DNA from: Candidatus Zhuqueibacterota bacterium
GTDB lineage: Bacteria > Zhuqueibacterota > Zhuqueibacteria > Thermofontimicrobiales > Thermofontimicrobiaceae
Direction of reading: 5' to 3'
Assembly: GCA_049322915.1 (NCBI GenBank)
Contig: JBMOPW010000044.1
Coordinates: 1-64,000, forward strand
DNA: 64,000 nucleotides
The notes beneath the pieces were generated by a model. That model saw only the letters and a list, made by a program, of their open reading frames with translations, was not told the origin of the DNA and ran no database searches. Each line of letters starts with the position of its first letter. Position 1 is the stretch's first letter. Below, in pieces: positions 52,401 through 61,956 of this stretch. Both the position numbers and the translations under genes were made by a program.

Positions 52401-52741
52401 AAGTATTCAAAATCGTGGGGCGGGGGATTGATCATCACGCTGTCCGTTGCCGATAATTCGAACCAACCATCTCCGGATGTATTGCGGTCGCTGTCCCGCT
52501 GGAATTGCACGCGTATTCCCATAATTCGCAGCGTGTCCGGAACCAGAGATCGGAGCGACGTTGTCCCTGGTTTGGCAAGCCCGTTCGTTCTATCCGTCGC
52601 CGTCATGTCCACCAATTTTAAATACCGGGTGGACGCGCTACTTTTTTGATAGGTTGGAGGCTTGATATTCTCTTTTGTTATGCCAAAATTGACAGCCATC
52701 AGGCATGTCACACCCACCACGACAATATTTTTTAAACCCAT
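49481..52741 (-). CDS. Immune inhibitor A (M6)-like protein with a degenerate Zn motif, FG-GAP repeats and a T9SS-type CTD
   Basis: FIIFHAG, IMMGHQLGLPNLFD, FGLMDQG, AWSKVFLGW, EYFLIENRQ, GILIWHIDE; GDVDGDG/ADLNNDG repeats; YNYPNP...SGVYLAR...KIAVVK. Confidence 0.8.
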   Translation of the reverse strand: MGLKNIVVVGVTCLMAVNFGITKENIKPPTYQKSSASTRYLKLVDMTATDRTNGLAKPGTTSLRSLVPDTLRIMGIRVQFQRDSDRNTSGDGWFELSATDSVMINPPPHDFEYFTNQLRALKHYFESVSSGKLILEVLDKSGKGAVYPQQADSVWTLPHPMAYYNPNTTDEALDNGLAELFRDAIMAADSDSDIDFSQFDVFIIFHAGVGWEFTQDFDTTPSDIPSVFLNLNDLKKNLGQGSESYQGIPVNGGAHFIQEGIILPETENQGGYTIFGMLGTAAIMMGHQLGLPNLFDTDTGHPGIGRFGLMDQGSGSFLGLIPVQPCAWSKVFLGWEQPIEVTVGTKLPVAASLARNPNKIYKIPINAKEYFLIENRQRVVLKSRDVAIGRDVNGVQVEFTNDGEINLPIGTQRLDVITSIDEYDFGMPSYDTGTSYLHSGILIWHIDENIIEQRFEENRVNADMYHRGVGLVEADGAQDMGHFYNFFGITGYESGGVFDMWWDQNSDHFFANSSEVVAFTPTTMPNSNAYSGAPSGIYMTDFSEIDSIMYFTLKTTNSQSGFPAFAGPNSGASSPVTGDVDGDGVNDIIAARTDGKILAWKFNGDRLIQNTDETYRVSPLGDTTYVSLAVFAEADSGHFMFAPSLADLNNDGALEVVAGADNGLLFGWHGVDRTGDGRADTSFIFDCGAPITTVPVISDLSGLGDDQEILVGLESGELCYFHIQASGTLDWKKKITESSIQAISIVPLVDRNALVVTTAADEVILLNANGDIVWNRVIPELTMLNHPAAFDLNNDGNFEIALSTGDGALCVLDNAGVTQVSFSVPGEYPLSNPVIGDVDNNGAPDIVVSGGGRLFAYHFNGTLLTGFPVLIERGYEQTESTEPILADLEGDGTLEILCGAKSGVLPAYDAVGQKVRDFPLSVSGEIVASPGIFGFTESGKFQVVARTADDYCYVWQLPYDYKESQIHWGGYLNNPRHTSLFQKNLTPVIKQSELLPEKLVYNYPNPTEGNSTTIRYYLREATEVSIRIYDLSGELVTELTGTSYPNVENEVVWDITNVQSGVYLARVAAESASESSAVIIKIAVVK

Positions 52742-52775
52742 TGTTCGACTTTACTTATCCGATTTGCGTTATTAG

Positions 52776-52807
52776 AAAAATCCGCAAGCGTAAGGATGGC
52801 TTGCGGA
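52776..52807 (-). terminator. Intrinsic terminator/attenuator after porV
   Basis: TCCGCAAGC/GCTTGCGGA stem plus TTTTT on the - strand. Confidence 0.65.
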
Positions 52808-52863
52808 ATTTATGTCATGACCACATTGAAAATTCTGTCTCGTGCCCGGTTCCGGGCGATGCG

Positions 52864-53916
52864 TTAAAAACCAAGCGTCAGGGAGAAACGCATCGTGTTA
52901 GCCAAAGGATGACCTTCTTCGGCGGAGACGTAGCCAAAGTCAAAACTATACAACGAGTATTTCAATCCTGCCCCGAAGCTGTAGTAATCCACCTTGCCTT
53001 CTTTGTCGTAATAATACCCGGCGCGGAGGGCAATCAAATCGCTGTACCAGTATTCCATGCCGACGGCGCGCGTGATTTTATCCAATTCGCGCTGCACCGG
53101 TTCATCGTACCAGGACGTGATGATAGCTTTGTAAAATGGATCTGCCGGCTCTTCGCCGTGGGGCGTCACCAACAGCTTATTGATGTCCGCGGCCAGAGTG
53201 AGTTTATTGAATTGCTGATTGATGAGTTTAAAAGCGAAACCCGTTTTCAGGTTGGTCGGAAGCGGATCTGCCTGGGCTGCGTCGATGTAGGCAATTTTGG
53301 GACCCATATTGGAAATATTCAATCCCCAATTCAGACGATCATTGAAGAATGGGAATGTGTACAGGGTACCGATATCGAACGCGAAGGCGCTTGCCTGACC
53401 GCTGCCCTGTTCTGCGCCGGCGCCGGTCTTGGAGAGGTTGCTTCGGATGAAACGAAGCGTGACGCCCATGGCAAGATTGTCGGTCACCGTCGCGCCATAG
53501 CTGGCGGCAAGGGCGTATTCGTTACTATTGAATTTTTCAGTGGGGTTACCTTGTTCATCCATGCCCTGTTGTTCTCCCAGGTCGAGGAAAATAACGTGAA
53601 AGCCAATGGTACCTACACCTTCGATGCTCATGCGATAAGCAAAGAATTCGTAAAATAAATCGCTCGTCAATCCCTGCAACCAGTTCACGTGCATGAAAGT
53701 GATTTGCCGACCATACTGATAGGCCAGCCCGGCCGGGTTCCAGAAAACTGCGGAAGCGTCGTCAGCTACAGCGGCAAAAGCTTCCCCCATACCGGCAGCT
53801 CGCGCGCCGGGGGAGATCATGAGAAATAATACGGCTGCTTCACTGACTGCAAAAGCCTGGTGTGCGGCAAAGACGATGATCAAAAGCAGGGAAACACCAA
53901 GAACTAATTTCTTCAT
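52864..53916 (-). CDS. porV: Type IX secretion PorV-family outer-membrane shuttle
   Basis: FLMISPGARAAGMGEAFAAVADDASAVFWNPAGLA, DPLPTNLKTG, HPLANTMRFSLTLGF; ATG 53916 after GGAGG. Confidence 0.85.
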   Translation of the reverse strand: MKKLVLGVSLLLIIVFAAHQAFAVSEAAVLFLMISPGARAAGMGEAFAAVADDASAVFWNPAGLAYQYGRQITFMHVNWLQGLTSDLFYEFFAYRMSIEGVGTIGFHVIFLDLGEQQGMDEQGNPTEKFNSNEYALAASYGATVTDNLAMGVTLRFIRSNLSKTGAGAEQGSGQASAFAFDIGTLYTFPFFNDRLNWGLNISNMGPKIAYIDAAQADPLPTNLKTGFAFKLINQQFNKLTLAADINKLLVTPHGEEPADPFYKAIITSWYDEPVQRELDKITRAVGMEYWYSDLIALRAGYYYDKEGKVDYYSFGAGLKYSLYSFDFGYVSAEEGHPLANTMRFSLTLGF

Positions 53917-54358
53917 TTCAGATGGTCCTCCAGAATTTTTTATTGATAGAAAAAAAAACCGAATGGAAAAGGCTGGCCCTTTCAATTAATGAAGGTTCAC
54001 CTCACGCATTCGGAATTTAACCTATTGACAGGAAAATTCAGAAAAAGGTGATGAGATATTATCTTTAAAATGATAACGAATATATTTAAGTATAGCCTCA
54101 TATCTCATGAACACAATAAACAACTAAACCTTTAGCGAACTTTACCTGATAGGCAGCCCCCATAATATGAAATGATAAAACGATGAATTGTTGACAATCC
54201 TTCTATATAGTATATCGAATCGCATTTTGAAATTCTTGAACCGGAGCGCTTTTCGCGCGGACCTGTACCAGCGTAAAAAAAATGGCCAGATTTAAAATAC
54301 ACCTATAAAACTCTTACCCCCATTAAAAGTTCCTAAGTTTTCTGGCCACCCTGGAAAA

Positions 54359-55702
54359 TTATTTTTTAATTTTTGACAAAGCGTCGACGAAAAGATCCAT
54401 TTCATCTTTCGTCCGTTTCTCGGTCACGGCGATCAACAGACCGTCCTGTATTCCCATGTCAAAACGGGTCAGATCGATTCCGGCGAAGATGTTGTAGTCG
54501 ACGAGCTTATTGATGACTTTATCCGGGGCAATGGGAGTTTTCACCACAAATTCTTTGAAAAAAGGCGCGGTGAAAGCAAGCTTGTAGTTATCCAATTGTT
54601 GAATCTGTTCTGCTAAATAGTGGCTATTCTGCAAACACAGCGAGGCAACTTCCTGTATACCCTGTTTCCCCATCAGTGCGAGATACACAGTCGCAGCCAG
54701 GGCGTTTAGCGCCTGATTGGTGCAGATATTGGATGTCGCTTTTTCGCGGCGAATGTGTTGCTCGCGCGTTTGAAATGTCAGTACGAAGCCGGACCGACCC
54801 TGCTTATCCTCAGTAGCGCCAACGATTCTTCCCGGCATGCGTCGGATATATTTTTCCTTCGCTGCAAAGACGCCGAGGTAGGGTCCGCCGAAATTAAGGC
54901 TGTTGCCCAGGCATTGCCCTTCTCCGGTGGCGACATCCACGCCGTAACGGCCGGGCGGTTCCAATGCTCCTAATGAAATGGGATCGTTGGAAGTGATGAA
55001 CATGGCGTCGATTTCTTTGGCGATGGCATCTATTTCGAATACCTGCTCCAGATAACCGAGGAAATTCGGATGCTCGATGATAATGGCCGCAGTGTCCCTG
55101 TCGGCCTTCGCCTTCAAATCCGCCAGGCTCGTGATGCCATTGTCCATTTCAACGAGCTGAATATCCGCGCCAAGACCGTGACAATAGGTTTTAATAATGT
55201 GTCGATAGTAGGGATGTACAGTCCGGGACAAAAGAATTTTTTTCTTTCGGGTTTCGGCTAACGCCATCATAGCAGCTTCAGCCAGGGCGGAACCTCCGTC
55301 GTACATGGACGCATTGGCGACTTCCATCTCCATCAGCTCGGCAATCATTGACTGATATTCATAAATTGCCTGAAGCGTTCCCTGGCTTACTTCCGGCTGG
55401 TATGGGGTATAGGCTGTGTAAAATTCAGGACGGGAAATGATATGGCCCACTGCAGCCGGGATGAAATGGTCGTAGGCGCCACCGCCTAAAAAGCTGACGG
55501 CATCGGTCGCAGTCTGGTTGCAACGCCCAATTTGATTCATTTCACGGAATATTTCCATTTCGGAGAGCGGTTCAGGAAGGTTGAAATCCCCTTTAAATCG
55601 AAGGTCGTCCGGAATGTTGGCAATTAATTCCTCAAAATTTTTGACACCAATCCTCTCAAGCATCGCTCTTCGATCTGCGTCGGTATTCGGAATATATGGC
55701 AT
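54359..55702 (-). CDS. gcvPA: Glycine dehydrogenase subunit 1
   Basis: FLGGGAYDH, TAYTPYQPEVSQG, NASMYDG, FGGPYLG, TREQHIRREKATSNICTNQ. Confidence 0.95.
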   Translation of the reverse strand: MPYIPNTDADRRAMLERIGVKNFEELIANIPDDLRFKGDFNLPEPLSEMEIFREMNQIGRCNQTATDAVSFLGGGAYDHFIPAAVGHIISRPEFYTAYTPYQPEVSQGTLQAIYEYQSMIAELMEMEVANASMYDGGSALAEAAMMALAETRKKKILLSRTVHPYYRHIIKTYCHGLGADIQLVEMDNGITSLADLKAKADRDTAAIIIEHPNFLGYLEQVFEIDAIAKEIDAMFITSNDPISLGALEPPGRYGVDVATGEGQCLGNSLNFGGPYLGVFAAKEKYIRRMPGRIVGATEDKQGRSGFVLTFQTREQHIRREKATSNICTNQALNALAATVYLALMGKQGIQEVASLCLQNSHYLAEQIQQLDNYKLAFTAPFFKEFVVKTPIAPDKVINKLVDYNIFAGIDLTRFDMGIQDGLLIAVTEKRTKDEMDLFVDALSKIKK

Positions 55703-55746
55703 GTTTCACTCCACCCAACAATCATTCAAATTTTTATTCTGCATGT

Positions 55747-56124
55747 TTAGCTAATTTGATTCTCATATTCGTTCGCTTTGAGCAATGAATTCAGTTCCGA
55801 TGGATCGGATAATTTCACTTTTATCATCCATCCTTTGTCATACGGATCCTGGTTAATCAATTCAGGTCTGTCCTGCAACAGCTCATTCACCTCGGTAATT
55901 TCGCCGCTGACAGGAGAAAATAAATCGGATACTGCTTTCACCGCTTCGATGGTGCCAAAGGGCTCCATCTGTTTCGCCGGGTCGCCGGCATTGGGCAATT
56001 CGACGAACACGATGTCTCCAAGTTCGCCCTGTGCATAATCAGTAATACCAATGGTGGCAACGCCACCTTCGACAAGAACCCATTCGTGTTCTTCAGTATA
56101 GAGTAAATCTTTCGGGATTTCCAT
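55747..56124 (-). CDS. gcvH: Glycine cleavage system H protein
   Basis: YTEEHEW, GITDYAQGELGD, lipoyl-Lys EAVKAVSD. Confidence 0.96.
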   Translation of the reverse strand: MEIPKDLLYTEEHEWVLVEGGVATIGITDYAQGELGDIVFVELPNAGDPAKQMEPFGTIEAVKAVSDLFSPVSGEITEVNELLQDRPELINQDPYDKGWMIKVKLSDPSELNSLLKANEYENQIS

Positions 56125-56153
56125 TTTGCGTGTCTCCTGGTTTAATATGTGAT

Positions 56154-57500
56154 TTATAGAATGTTAATTTTATTCTCAAGATACTTGGTATTAAAATTTC
56201 CTTCGATAAAATCTTTATCCCGGAATACTTTTTTGTGAAATGGGATGGTTGTTTTAATCCCTTCAATGACGAATTCTTCAAGCGCACGTTGCATCCTGAT
56301 GATGGCTTCCTGACGGTTCATGCCGAAGGTGATGACTTTGGCGATCAATGAATCATAGTATGGTGGAATGACATATTGATCGTAGGCGTGGGTGTCCACT
56401 CTGACGCCCGGCCCACCTGGTATGTGAAAATTTTCGATTTTTCCCGGCGAAGGTCGAAAATCCTTTTCCGGATCTTCGGCGTTGATTCGGCATTCGATGG
56501 CATGCCCGCGTAATTTGTACCCTTTGATGAGGGAATCCAGTTCGTCGCCGGCCGCCAATCGGATTTGCATCTTCACCAGGTCCATGCTAAAAACGACCTC
56601 AGTGACCGGGTGCTCCACCTGAATTCGAGTATTCATTTCCATGAAGTAAAATTTGCCATCTTCATCCAGCAGAAATTCGATGGTGCCGGCGCTTTCGTAG
56701 TTGGCGCTTTTCGCCCCCCGGATGGCAGCGTCAATGAGTTTTTTTCTGATTCGCTCGTTAACTGCCGGAGAAGGGGATTCTTCAATGAGTTTCTGATGCT
56801 TCCGCTGAATGGAACATTCGCGTTCGCCCAGCGCAACGACATTGCCATACATATCGCCGAGAATCTGAACTTCGATATGGCGCGGCTGCTCGAAATATTT
56901 TTCCATATAAAGATCAGGATTGTTGAAGGCTGCTTCGGCTTCCGCGCGCGCCGTGTTAAATGCATTGACCAGACCGTCTTTATCCCTGACGATTCGCATA
57001 CCGCGTCCGCCACCACCGGCTGTTGCTTTCAAAATGACCGGGTAGCCAAGTTTCTCGGCGATTATTTCGGCTTCCTGAACGTCTTTGATTATACCCGGAC
57101 TCCCGGGAATTGTCGGTACGCCCGCTTGCTTCATTTTTTCTTTGGCAAACGCTTTGTCACCGAGATTGGCAATCATTTCAGAAGATGGGCCGATAAATTT
57201 TATTTTACAAGATTCGCATATTTCGGCAAACTGAGGATTTTCAGCTAAAAATCCATAGCCCGGGTGAATGGCCTCGGCATTGGTAATTTCGGCCGCACTG
57301 ATAATTTGTGGGATATTTAAATAGCTTTGCGCGCTTGGACCGGGTCCAATTTTTACAACCTCGTCTGCGAAGCGAACATGGAGTGATTCCGCGTCCGCTT
57401 CAGAATAGACCGCGACTGTTGCAACCCCCAGTTCTTTGCAGGCTCGAATTATTCGCAGGGCAATTTCGCCGCGATTGGCAATTAAAATTTTTTTGAACAA
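56154..57500 (-). CDS. accC: Biotin carboxylase
   Basis: [50 protein letters not shown]. Confidence 0.96.
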   Translation of the reverse strand: MFKKILIANRGEIALRIIRACKELGVATVAVYSEADAESLHVRFADEVVKIGPGPSAQSYLNIPQIISAAEITNAEAIHPGYGFLAENPQFAEICESCKIKFIGPSSEMIANLGDKAFAKEKMKQAGVPTIPGSPGIIKDVQEAEIIAEKLGYPVILKATAGGGGRGMRIVRDKDGLVNAFNTARAEAEAAFNNPDLYMEKYFEQPRHIEVQILGDMYGNVVALGERECSIQRKHQKLIEESPSPAVNERIRKKLIDAAIRGAKSANYESAGTIEFLLDEDGKFYFMEMNTRIQVEHPVTEVVFSMDLVKMQIRLAAGDELDSLIKGYKLRGHAIECRINAEDPEKDFRPSPGKIENFHIPGGPGVRVDTHAYDQYVIPPYYDSLIAKVITFGMNRQEAIIRMQRALEEFVIEGIKTTIPFHKKVFRDKDFIEGNFNTKYLENKINIL

Positions 57501-57530
57501 ACCAGATTATCTCCGCGTTTCTGAGTTCAT

Positions 57531-58034
57531 TTACAGTTTTTCGATTTTAAAGAGGGCCTGGTTGTACTCCACCGGTTGCGCGTTATCAACGAGTATTTCT
57601 GTGATTCTGCCCTTTTCCTCAGATTCAATTTCGTTCATCAGCTTCATGGCTTCAATGATGCACAGTACCTGACCGGGAGTTACAATGTCGCCGATCTGGA
57701 CGTAGGGATCAGCATCCGGCGCCGGCGAGCGATAGAATGTCCCTACCATGGGGGATTTGATTTCAACCACATTGGACGGCGCTGAAACGGCTGCGGGTTT
57801 TGGCTCTGCTGGGGTGGGAGCGGGAATTGCCGGGGAGGGAACCGGTTGAGAGATTGGTTGAGGCGCAGCAACTGTGATCATCTCCATCGAAGATGAATTA
57901 GCGCCTGAGTTGCCAGGCATCTTCATGATCTTGACTTTTCGACCCCAACGGCTCACTTCAAGCTGGTGTATGTTGCTGTCCTGTACCAACTCAATCAGTT
58001 TCTTTATTTCTTTTGGTTTCATAGTATTCTCCAT
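57531..58034 (-). CDS. accB: Biotin carboxyl carrier protein
   Basis: P/A-rich linker, SPMVGTFY, EAMKLMNEI. Confidence 0.96.
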   Translation of the reverse strand: MENTMKPKEIKKLIELVQDSNIHQLEVSRWGRKVKIMKMPGNSGANSSSMEMITVAAPQPISQPVPSPAIPAPTPAEPKPAAVSAPSNVVEIKSPMVGTFYRSPAPDADPYVQIGDIVTPGQVLCIIEAMKLMNEIESEEKGRITEILVDNAQPVEYNQALFKIEKL

Positions 58035-58271
58035 TTTGGAAGAAAGCTAATTTATACACGTCCGCACCGATAACCAGTGATCCCAGAATTACGAATTGAA
58101 TTATGCATAAATCGCTTGTGAAAAGCGGGTGGAATGTGTGACCTTGTTGCAATTCTCCCCTTCAACAACCCCGGCTGGGATACCGCTTCCTGATTCCCAA
58201 TTGCCATTCTATACAGGATTTAACCGTAAAATACGGAGAAAGATTTTCGCCATTTTGTTAAAATGAAATTC

Positions 58272-58300
58272 AATTTAAATGAAAAAGTATTAAAAGTCAA
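58272..58300 (-). promoter_or_regulatory. Putative sigma70-type promoter for accB-accC-gcvH-gcvPA
   Basis: TTGACT-17bp-TAAATT on the - strand. Confidence 0.55.
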
Positions 58301-58507
58301 GATTTTTCTTGGCGTGGAAAAATTTATAAAAATGGTTGAGATAATCAAACCGGAATAATAGAGGTCCATCGGGAGCGAGTGAACGGACATGGCCTCAGCC
58401 TGATGGCATCTCGGTGACAGCCTCGCAAACGTCTCTCGGATACGAAGAAATCGCTCGTGGCCTGCGCTTTTTCTAGGGAGGGATACACCCCGACAGGCTC
58501 TCGGCGG

Positions 58508-59953
58508 TCATTTGCCGGCGAGCTTCGATGCTAATAGCTCCTGTATTTGCCGGGGATTTGCTTTGTTGTGCGTCGCCTTCTTGACCTGTCCGAAGAAATA
58601 GTCGAACAGTTTCAACTCGCCGTGGCGAAATCGCGCCACCTCGGCGGGAAATTGGGAAAGCATCGCATCAATGGCGGCGCTGAGAGTCGTTTCATCCATG
58701 ATTCGCGCGCGAGGCGTGTCCCGGATGAACGCTTCCGGTTCGCTGCCGGATTCCAGCATATTGGCGTAGATTTCTCTGGCGCTGCTCCGGGTGATGCGCT
58801 TTGTTTTTAACAGAAGAAGAAGGCGCGCCAGCCTGTCCGCGGGAACAGTAATGTGATCGCTCTGAGCATCCTTTTTCACAGTTCGCAGGACTTCGGTCAA
58901 AATCCATACGCTCGCCAATTTGGCGTCTCCGAGCAGCGAAGCGAGATGTTCGAAATAATCCGCTATGAATCTCGACTCAGTGAGGGTTGAAGCATCGCTG
59001 GCGGAGAGTTTGTATTGCTGCCTGAACCTGTGGCGTTTCTCTGCTGGCAATTCGGGCAGACTGGATTTCATTTTATCAAGATGGGAAAAATCAACGACGA
59101 TGGGGACCAGGTCCGGTTCAGGAAAGTAACGGTACTCGCTGGCGTCCTCTTTGGCGCGCATGGGCTGTGTCGCGGCTTTTTTTTCATCCCATAACAGAGT
59201 GGCGTGTGCAATCGTCTGGCCGACGCGGAGGAGGTTTGCCTGCCGGTGAAATTCATAGTCCAGCGCTTTCTCAATTGCGCGAAACGAATTGAGATTTTTA
59301 ATCTCAGTACTAACGCCAAACCCAACGTCTCCAACCGGCCGGACTGAGATATTGGCATCGCAGCGGAGATTGCCCAGTTCCATGTTGCCGTTACAAATTT
59401 CCAGGTATTGCAGCAATCGCCGCAACTCGCGGAGGGTCTGGGATGCCTCGTGGCCGGAGCGGATGTCCGGCGCAGTGACGATTTCGATGAGCGGCAGGCC
59501 GCAGCGATTCAAATCAACCAGGGTCTCTTTCTCATCCCTGACGTGAATGGATTTCCCGGCATCCTCTTCAAGATGAATCCGGATGATGCCAATTTTTTTC
59601 GATTCGCCACTGGATTCGATGGTGATGAATCCTTCGCAGCAGAGCGGCTCTTCAAATTGGGTGATCTGATAACCCTTGGGCAGATCCGGGTAGAAATAGT
59701 TCTTGCGGGCAAATCGTGATTCCTGATTGAACCGGCAATGCGTCGCCAGACCCATTTTCATTGCAAGGCTGTAAGAATTTCGGTTCAGCACCGGCAACAC
59801 GCCAGGCAGACCCAGGCAGACGGGACAGGTCTGGCTGTTCGGCGGATTCCCAAAATCTGTGCTGCACCCGCAGAACAATTTTGACGCTGTCTCCAGTTGC
59901 GCGTGAATTTCCAGGCCGATCACCGGCTCGTATGTCAGTGGCGTTGTTTTCAT
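58508..59953 (-). CDS. gatB: Asp/Glu-tRNA amidotransferase subunit B
   Basis: VIGLEIHAQL, RKNYFYPDLPKGYQITQ, HLEEDAGK, RCDANIS, YRYFPEPDL; start ATG 59953 overlaps the gatA stop (ATGA). Confidence 0.95.
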   Translation of the reverse strand: MKTTPLTYEPVIGLEIHAQLETASKLFCGCSTDFGNPPNSQTCPVCLGLPGVLPVLNRNSYSLAMKMGLATHCRFNQESRFARKNYFYPDLPKGYQITQFEEPLCCEGFITIESSGESKKIGIIRIHLEEDAGKSIHVRDEKETLVDLNRCGLPLIEIVTAPDIRSGHEASQTLRELRRLLQYLEICNGNMELGNLRCDANISVRPVGDVGFGVSTEIKNLNSFRAIEKALDYEFHRQANLLRVGQTIAHATLLWDEKKAATQPMRAKEDASEYRYFPEPDLVPIVVDFSHLDKMKSSLPELPAEKRHRFRQQYKLSASDASTLTESRFIADYFEHLASLLGDAKLASVWILTEVLRTVKKDAQSDHITVPADRLARLLLLLKTKRITRSSAREIYANMLESGSEPEAFIRDTPRARIMDETTLSAAIDAMLSQFPAEVARFRHGELKLFDYFFGQVKKATHNKANPRQIQELLASKLAGK

Positions 59954-61377
59954 GATTGACAAATTTGTTCGATGATCTGCCCGATTCGATAGAGTGTTGA
60001 TTCGCCGAACGGCGGGGCCATGAGCTGCACCCCGATGGGGAGGCCGTTTGAATCGAAGCCACAGGGAAGCGATAATGCCGGAATGCCGGCCAAATTGGCC
60101 GACACTGTGAAAATATCCGATAGATACATGGCAAGGGGATCGTTCATTTTCTCGCCGAGCTGAAATGCTGTGCTTGGCGAGGTTGGCGTCAGAATGCAAT
60201 CGCAGCGCCGGAACGCTGCATCGAAGTCGCGTTTGATGAGCGTTCTTGCATTCTGCGCCCGGCGATAGTAGGCCTCGTAATAGCCCGAGGACAGGACAAA
60301 GGTTCCCAGCATAATTCTCCGCTTCACTTCATCGCCGAAACCCTCAGTTCTCGAACGCACATACATATCATCGAGCGTGCGGGCGTCCCGGGAACGATGG
60401 CCAAATCGAGCGCCATCGAACCGCGCCAGATTGGAAGACGCTTCGGCTGTGGCAATGATATAGTATGTCGCGATGGCATGGCATGATTGGGGGAGAGAAA
60501 TTTCCATCGGTCGTAAACCGAAATCATGCAGTTTTGCCGCACAACGTTGGACGCACACTCGGACATCGGCCTGGATGCCTGGCCCGAAGAATTCGACCGG
60601 AATGCCGATGGTCATCCCTTCGGCCTGAACCCGGCATTGCTCCGGATAATCGGGAACCGGCGCATCAGCGGACGTGGCGTCGCGCGGATCATGGCCGGCA
60701 ATGGTTTGCAGGATCATGGCGTTGTCAGCAATGGTTTGGGTGATGACGCCGATCTGATCCAGCGATGACGCAAAGGCAACGAGCCCGTACCGGGAGATTC
60801 GGCCATAAGTGGGTTTGAGCCCGACCACGCCGCACAGGGCAGCCGGCTGCCGCACCGAGCCGCCGGTATCGGAGCCGAGCGCCGCGCGGGCCATTCCGGC
60901 AGCCACGGCCGCAGCGGATCCACCGGAGGAACCACCCGGCACGCGGGTCACGTCGTGGGGATTTTTCACCGGGCCGAAACAGGATGTCTCGTTGGACGAG
61001 CCCATGGCAAATTCATCCATATTCGTCTTGCCAATGAAAATGGCGCCGGCAGCGTCTAACTTTTCGATGACTGTTGCATAGTAAGGGGACACGAAATGAG
61101 CGAGCATTTTTGAACCGCAGGTTGTCCTGTGCCCGGCGATATGGATATTGTCCTTAACAGCGATGACCATGCCGACAGGTAAACTGGCATCGGAGACAGC
61201 GTTACGATGGTCAAGTTCCCTCGCTTTGTCTTTTGCCTCCTGCCCAAAAATAGAAATGAAGGCATTCAAATCTCTGCCTTCATTTATTCGATTCAAATAA
61301 TGTTCGACACGGTTAAGATAAGGGGTATTCGGTTGGAAATTTGGAGTCGCGGTGAACGTGCATTTTGCGTGATTCAA
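59950..61377 (-). CDS. gatA: Asp/Glu-tRNA amidotransferase subunit A
   Basis: AVKDNI, GKTNMDEFAMGSS, PGGSSGGS, GSDTGGSVRQP, SSNLARFDG; probable TTG start at 61377 after AGGAG. Confidence 0.95.
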   Translation of the reverse strand: MNHAKCTFTATPNFQPNTPYLNRVEHYLNRINEGRDLNAFISIFGQEAKDKARELDHRNAVSDASLPVGMVIAVKDNIHIAGHRTTCGSKMLAHFVSPYYATVIEKLDAAGAIFIGKTNMDEFAMGSSNETSCFGPVKNPHDVTRVPGGSSGGSAAAVAAGMARAALGSDTGGSVRQPAALCGVVGLKPTYGRISRYGLVAFASSLDQIGVITQTIADNAMILQTIAGHDPRDATSADAPVPDYPEQCRVQAEGMTIGIPVEFFGPGIQADVRVCVQRCAAKLHDFGLRPMEISLPQSCHAIATYYIIATAEASSNLARFDGARFGHRSRDARTLDDMYVRSRTEGFGDEVKRRIMLGTFVLSSGYYEAYYRRAQNARTLIKRDFDAAFRRCDCILTPTSPSTAFQLGEKMNDPLAMYLSDIFTVSANLAGIPALSLPCGFDSNGLPIGVQLMAPPFGESTLYRIGQIIEQICQS

Positions 61378-61387
61378 AGGATAACTC

Positions 61388-61582
61388 CTATTTGCCTTCC
61401 CCTTCTTTTTTGCCTTTTTCAAGCTCTTTTTTCTCATCTTCATCAACGCCTTGCGTGGCTTTTTTGAACTCCCGCAGGCCTTTTCCCAATCCGCTTGCCA
61501 GGTCGGGCAATTTTTTAGCACCGAAAAGAAGCAGGATAAGGAACAAAATGATGAGCAGTTCGGTCACGCCAAGATTAAACAT
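61388..61582 (-). CDS. tatA: Twin-arginine translocase TatA/TatE subunit
   Basis: [38 protein letters not shown]. Confidence 0.92.
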   Translation of the reverse strand: MFNLGVTELLIILFLILLLFGAKKLPDLASGLGKGLREFKKATQGVDEDEKKELEKGKKEGEGK

Positions 61583-61639
61583 TTTTTCCTCCGGTAAAAG
61601 TAGATCGAAAATTTATTTCGGGAAATTACGAGCCACCAA

Positions 61640-61828
61640 TTACCCTTTCAAATTGGTGTTTTTGTCATTGATATCGATTTCATCCTTGACATCCTCCATC
61701 GCTTTTTTAAACTGGCGGATACCTTTGCCGATACCCTTTGCCAGTTCAGGAAGACGTTTCGAACCAAATAACAGTAGAATGACAAACATAATGATGATAA
61801 GCTCTGGTGTTCCAATCGATCCAAACAT
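61640..61828 (-). CDS. tatA: Twin-arginine translocase TatA/TatE subunit
   Basis: GTPELIIIMFVILLLFGSKRLPELAKGIGKGIRQFKKA. Confidence 0.92.
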   Translation of the reverse strand: MFGSIGTPELIIIMFVILLLFGSKRLPELAKGIGKGIRQFKKAMEDVKDEIDINDKNTNLKG

Positions 61829-61956
61829 AGTCTATGTGCTCCTTAAAAATAAAAAAATTTCCTGTCGTCCACTGTAAACTAAACGACCGTTTGTTGTGCA
61901 CCAGTACAGGAGAAAAATGTCTCCACCATCGGTTAAAAAAATCGCAGCGCTGATTA

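Noticed and set aside
58035..58270. Possible glycine riboswitch or efp remnant upstream of acc-gcv
   Set aside because: No GGAGA...CCGAAG...CTCTCAGG consensus and no EF-P-like reading frame.
58385..58396. GGACATGGCCTC also present inverted near 62342-62353
   Set aside because: A single 12-bp match with no further shared context is plausibly chance.
59954..60199. N-terminal extensions in the ORF track for gatB (and for gatA at 61378-61521)
   Set aside because: They overlap neighbouring genes. Downstream starts with an RBS or ATGA coupling fit better.
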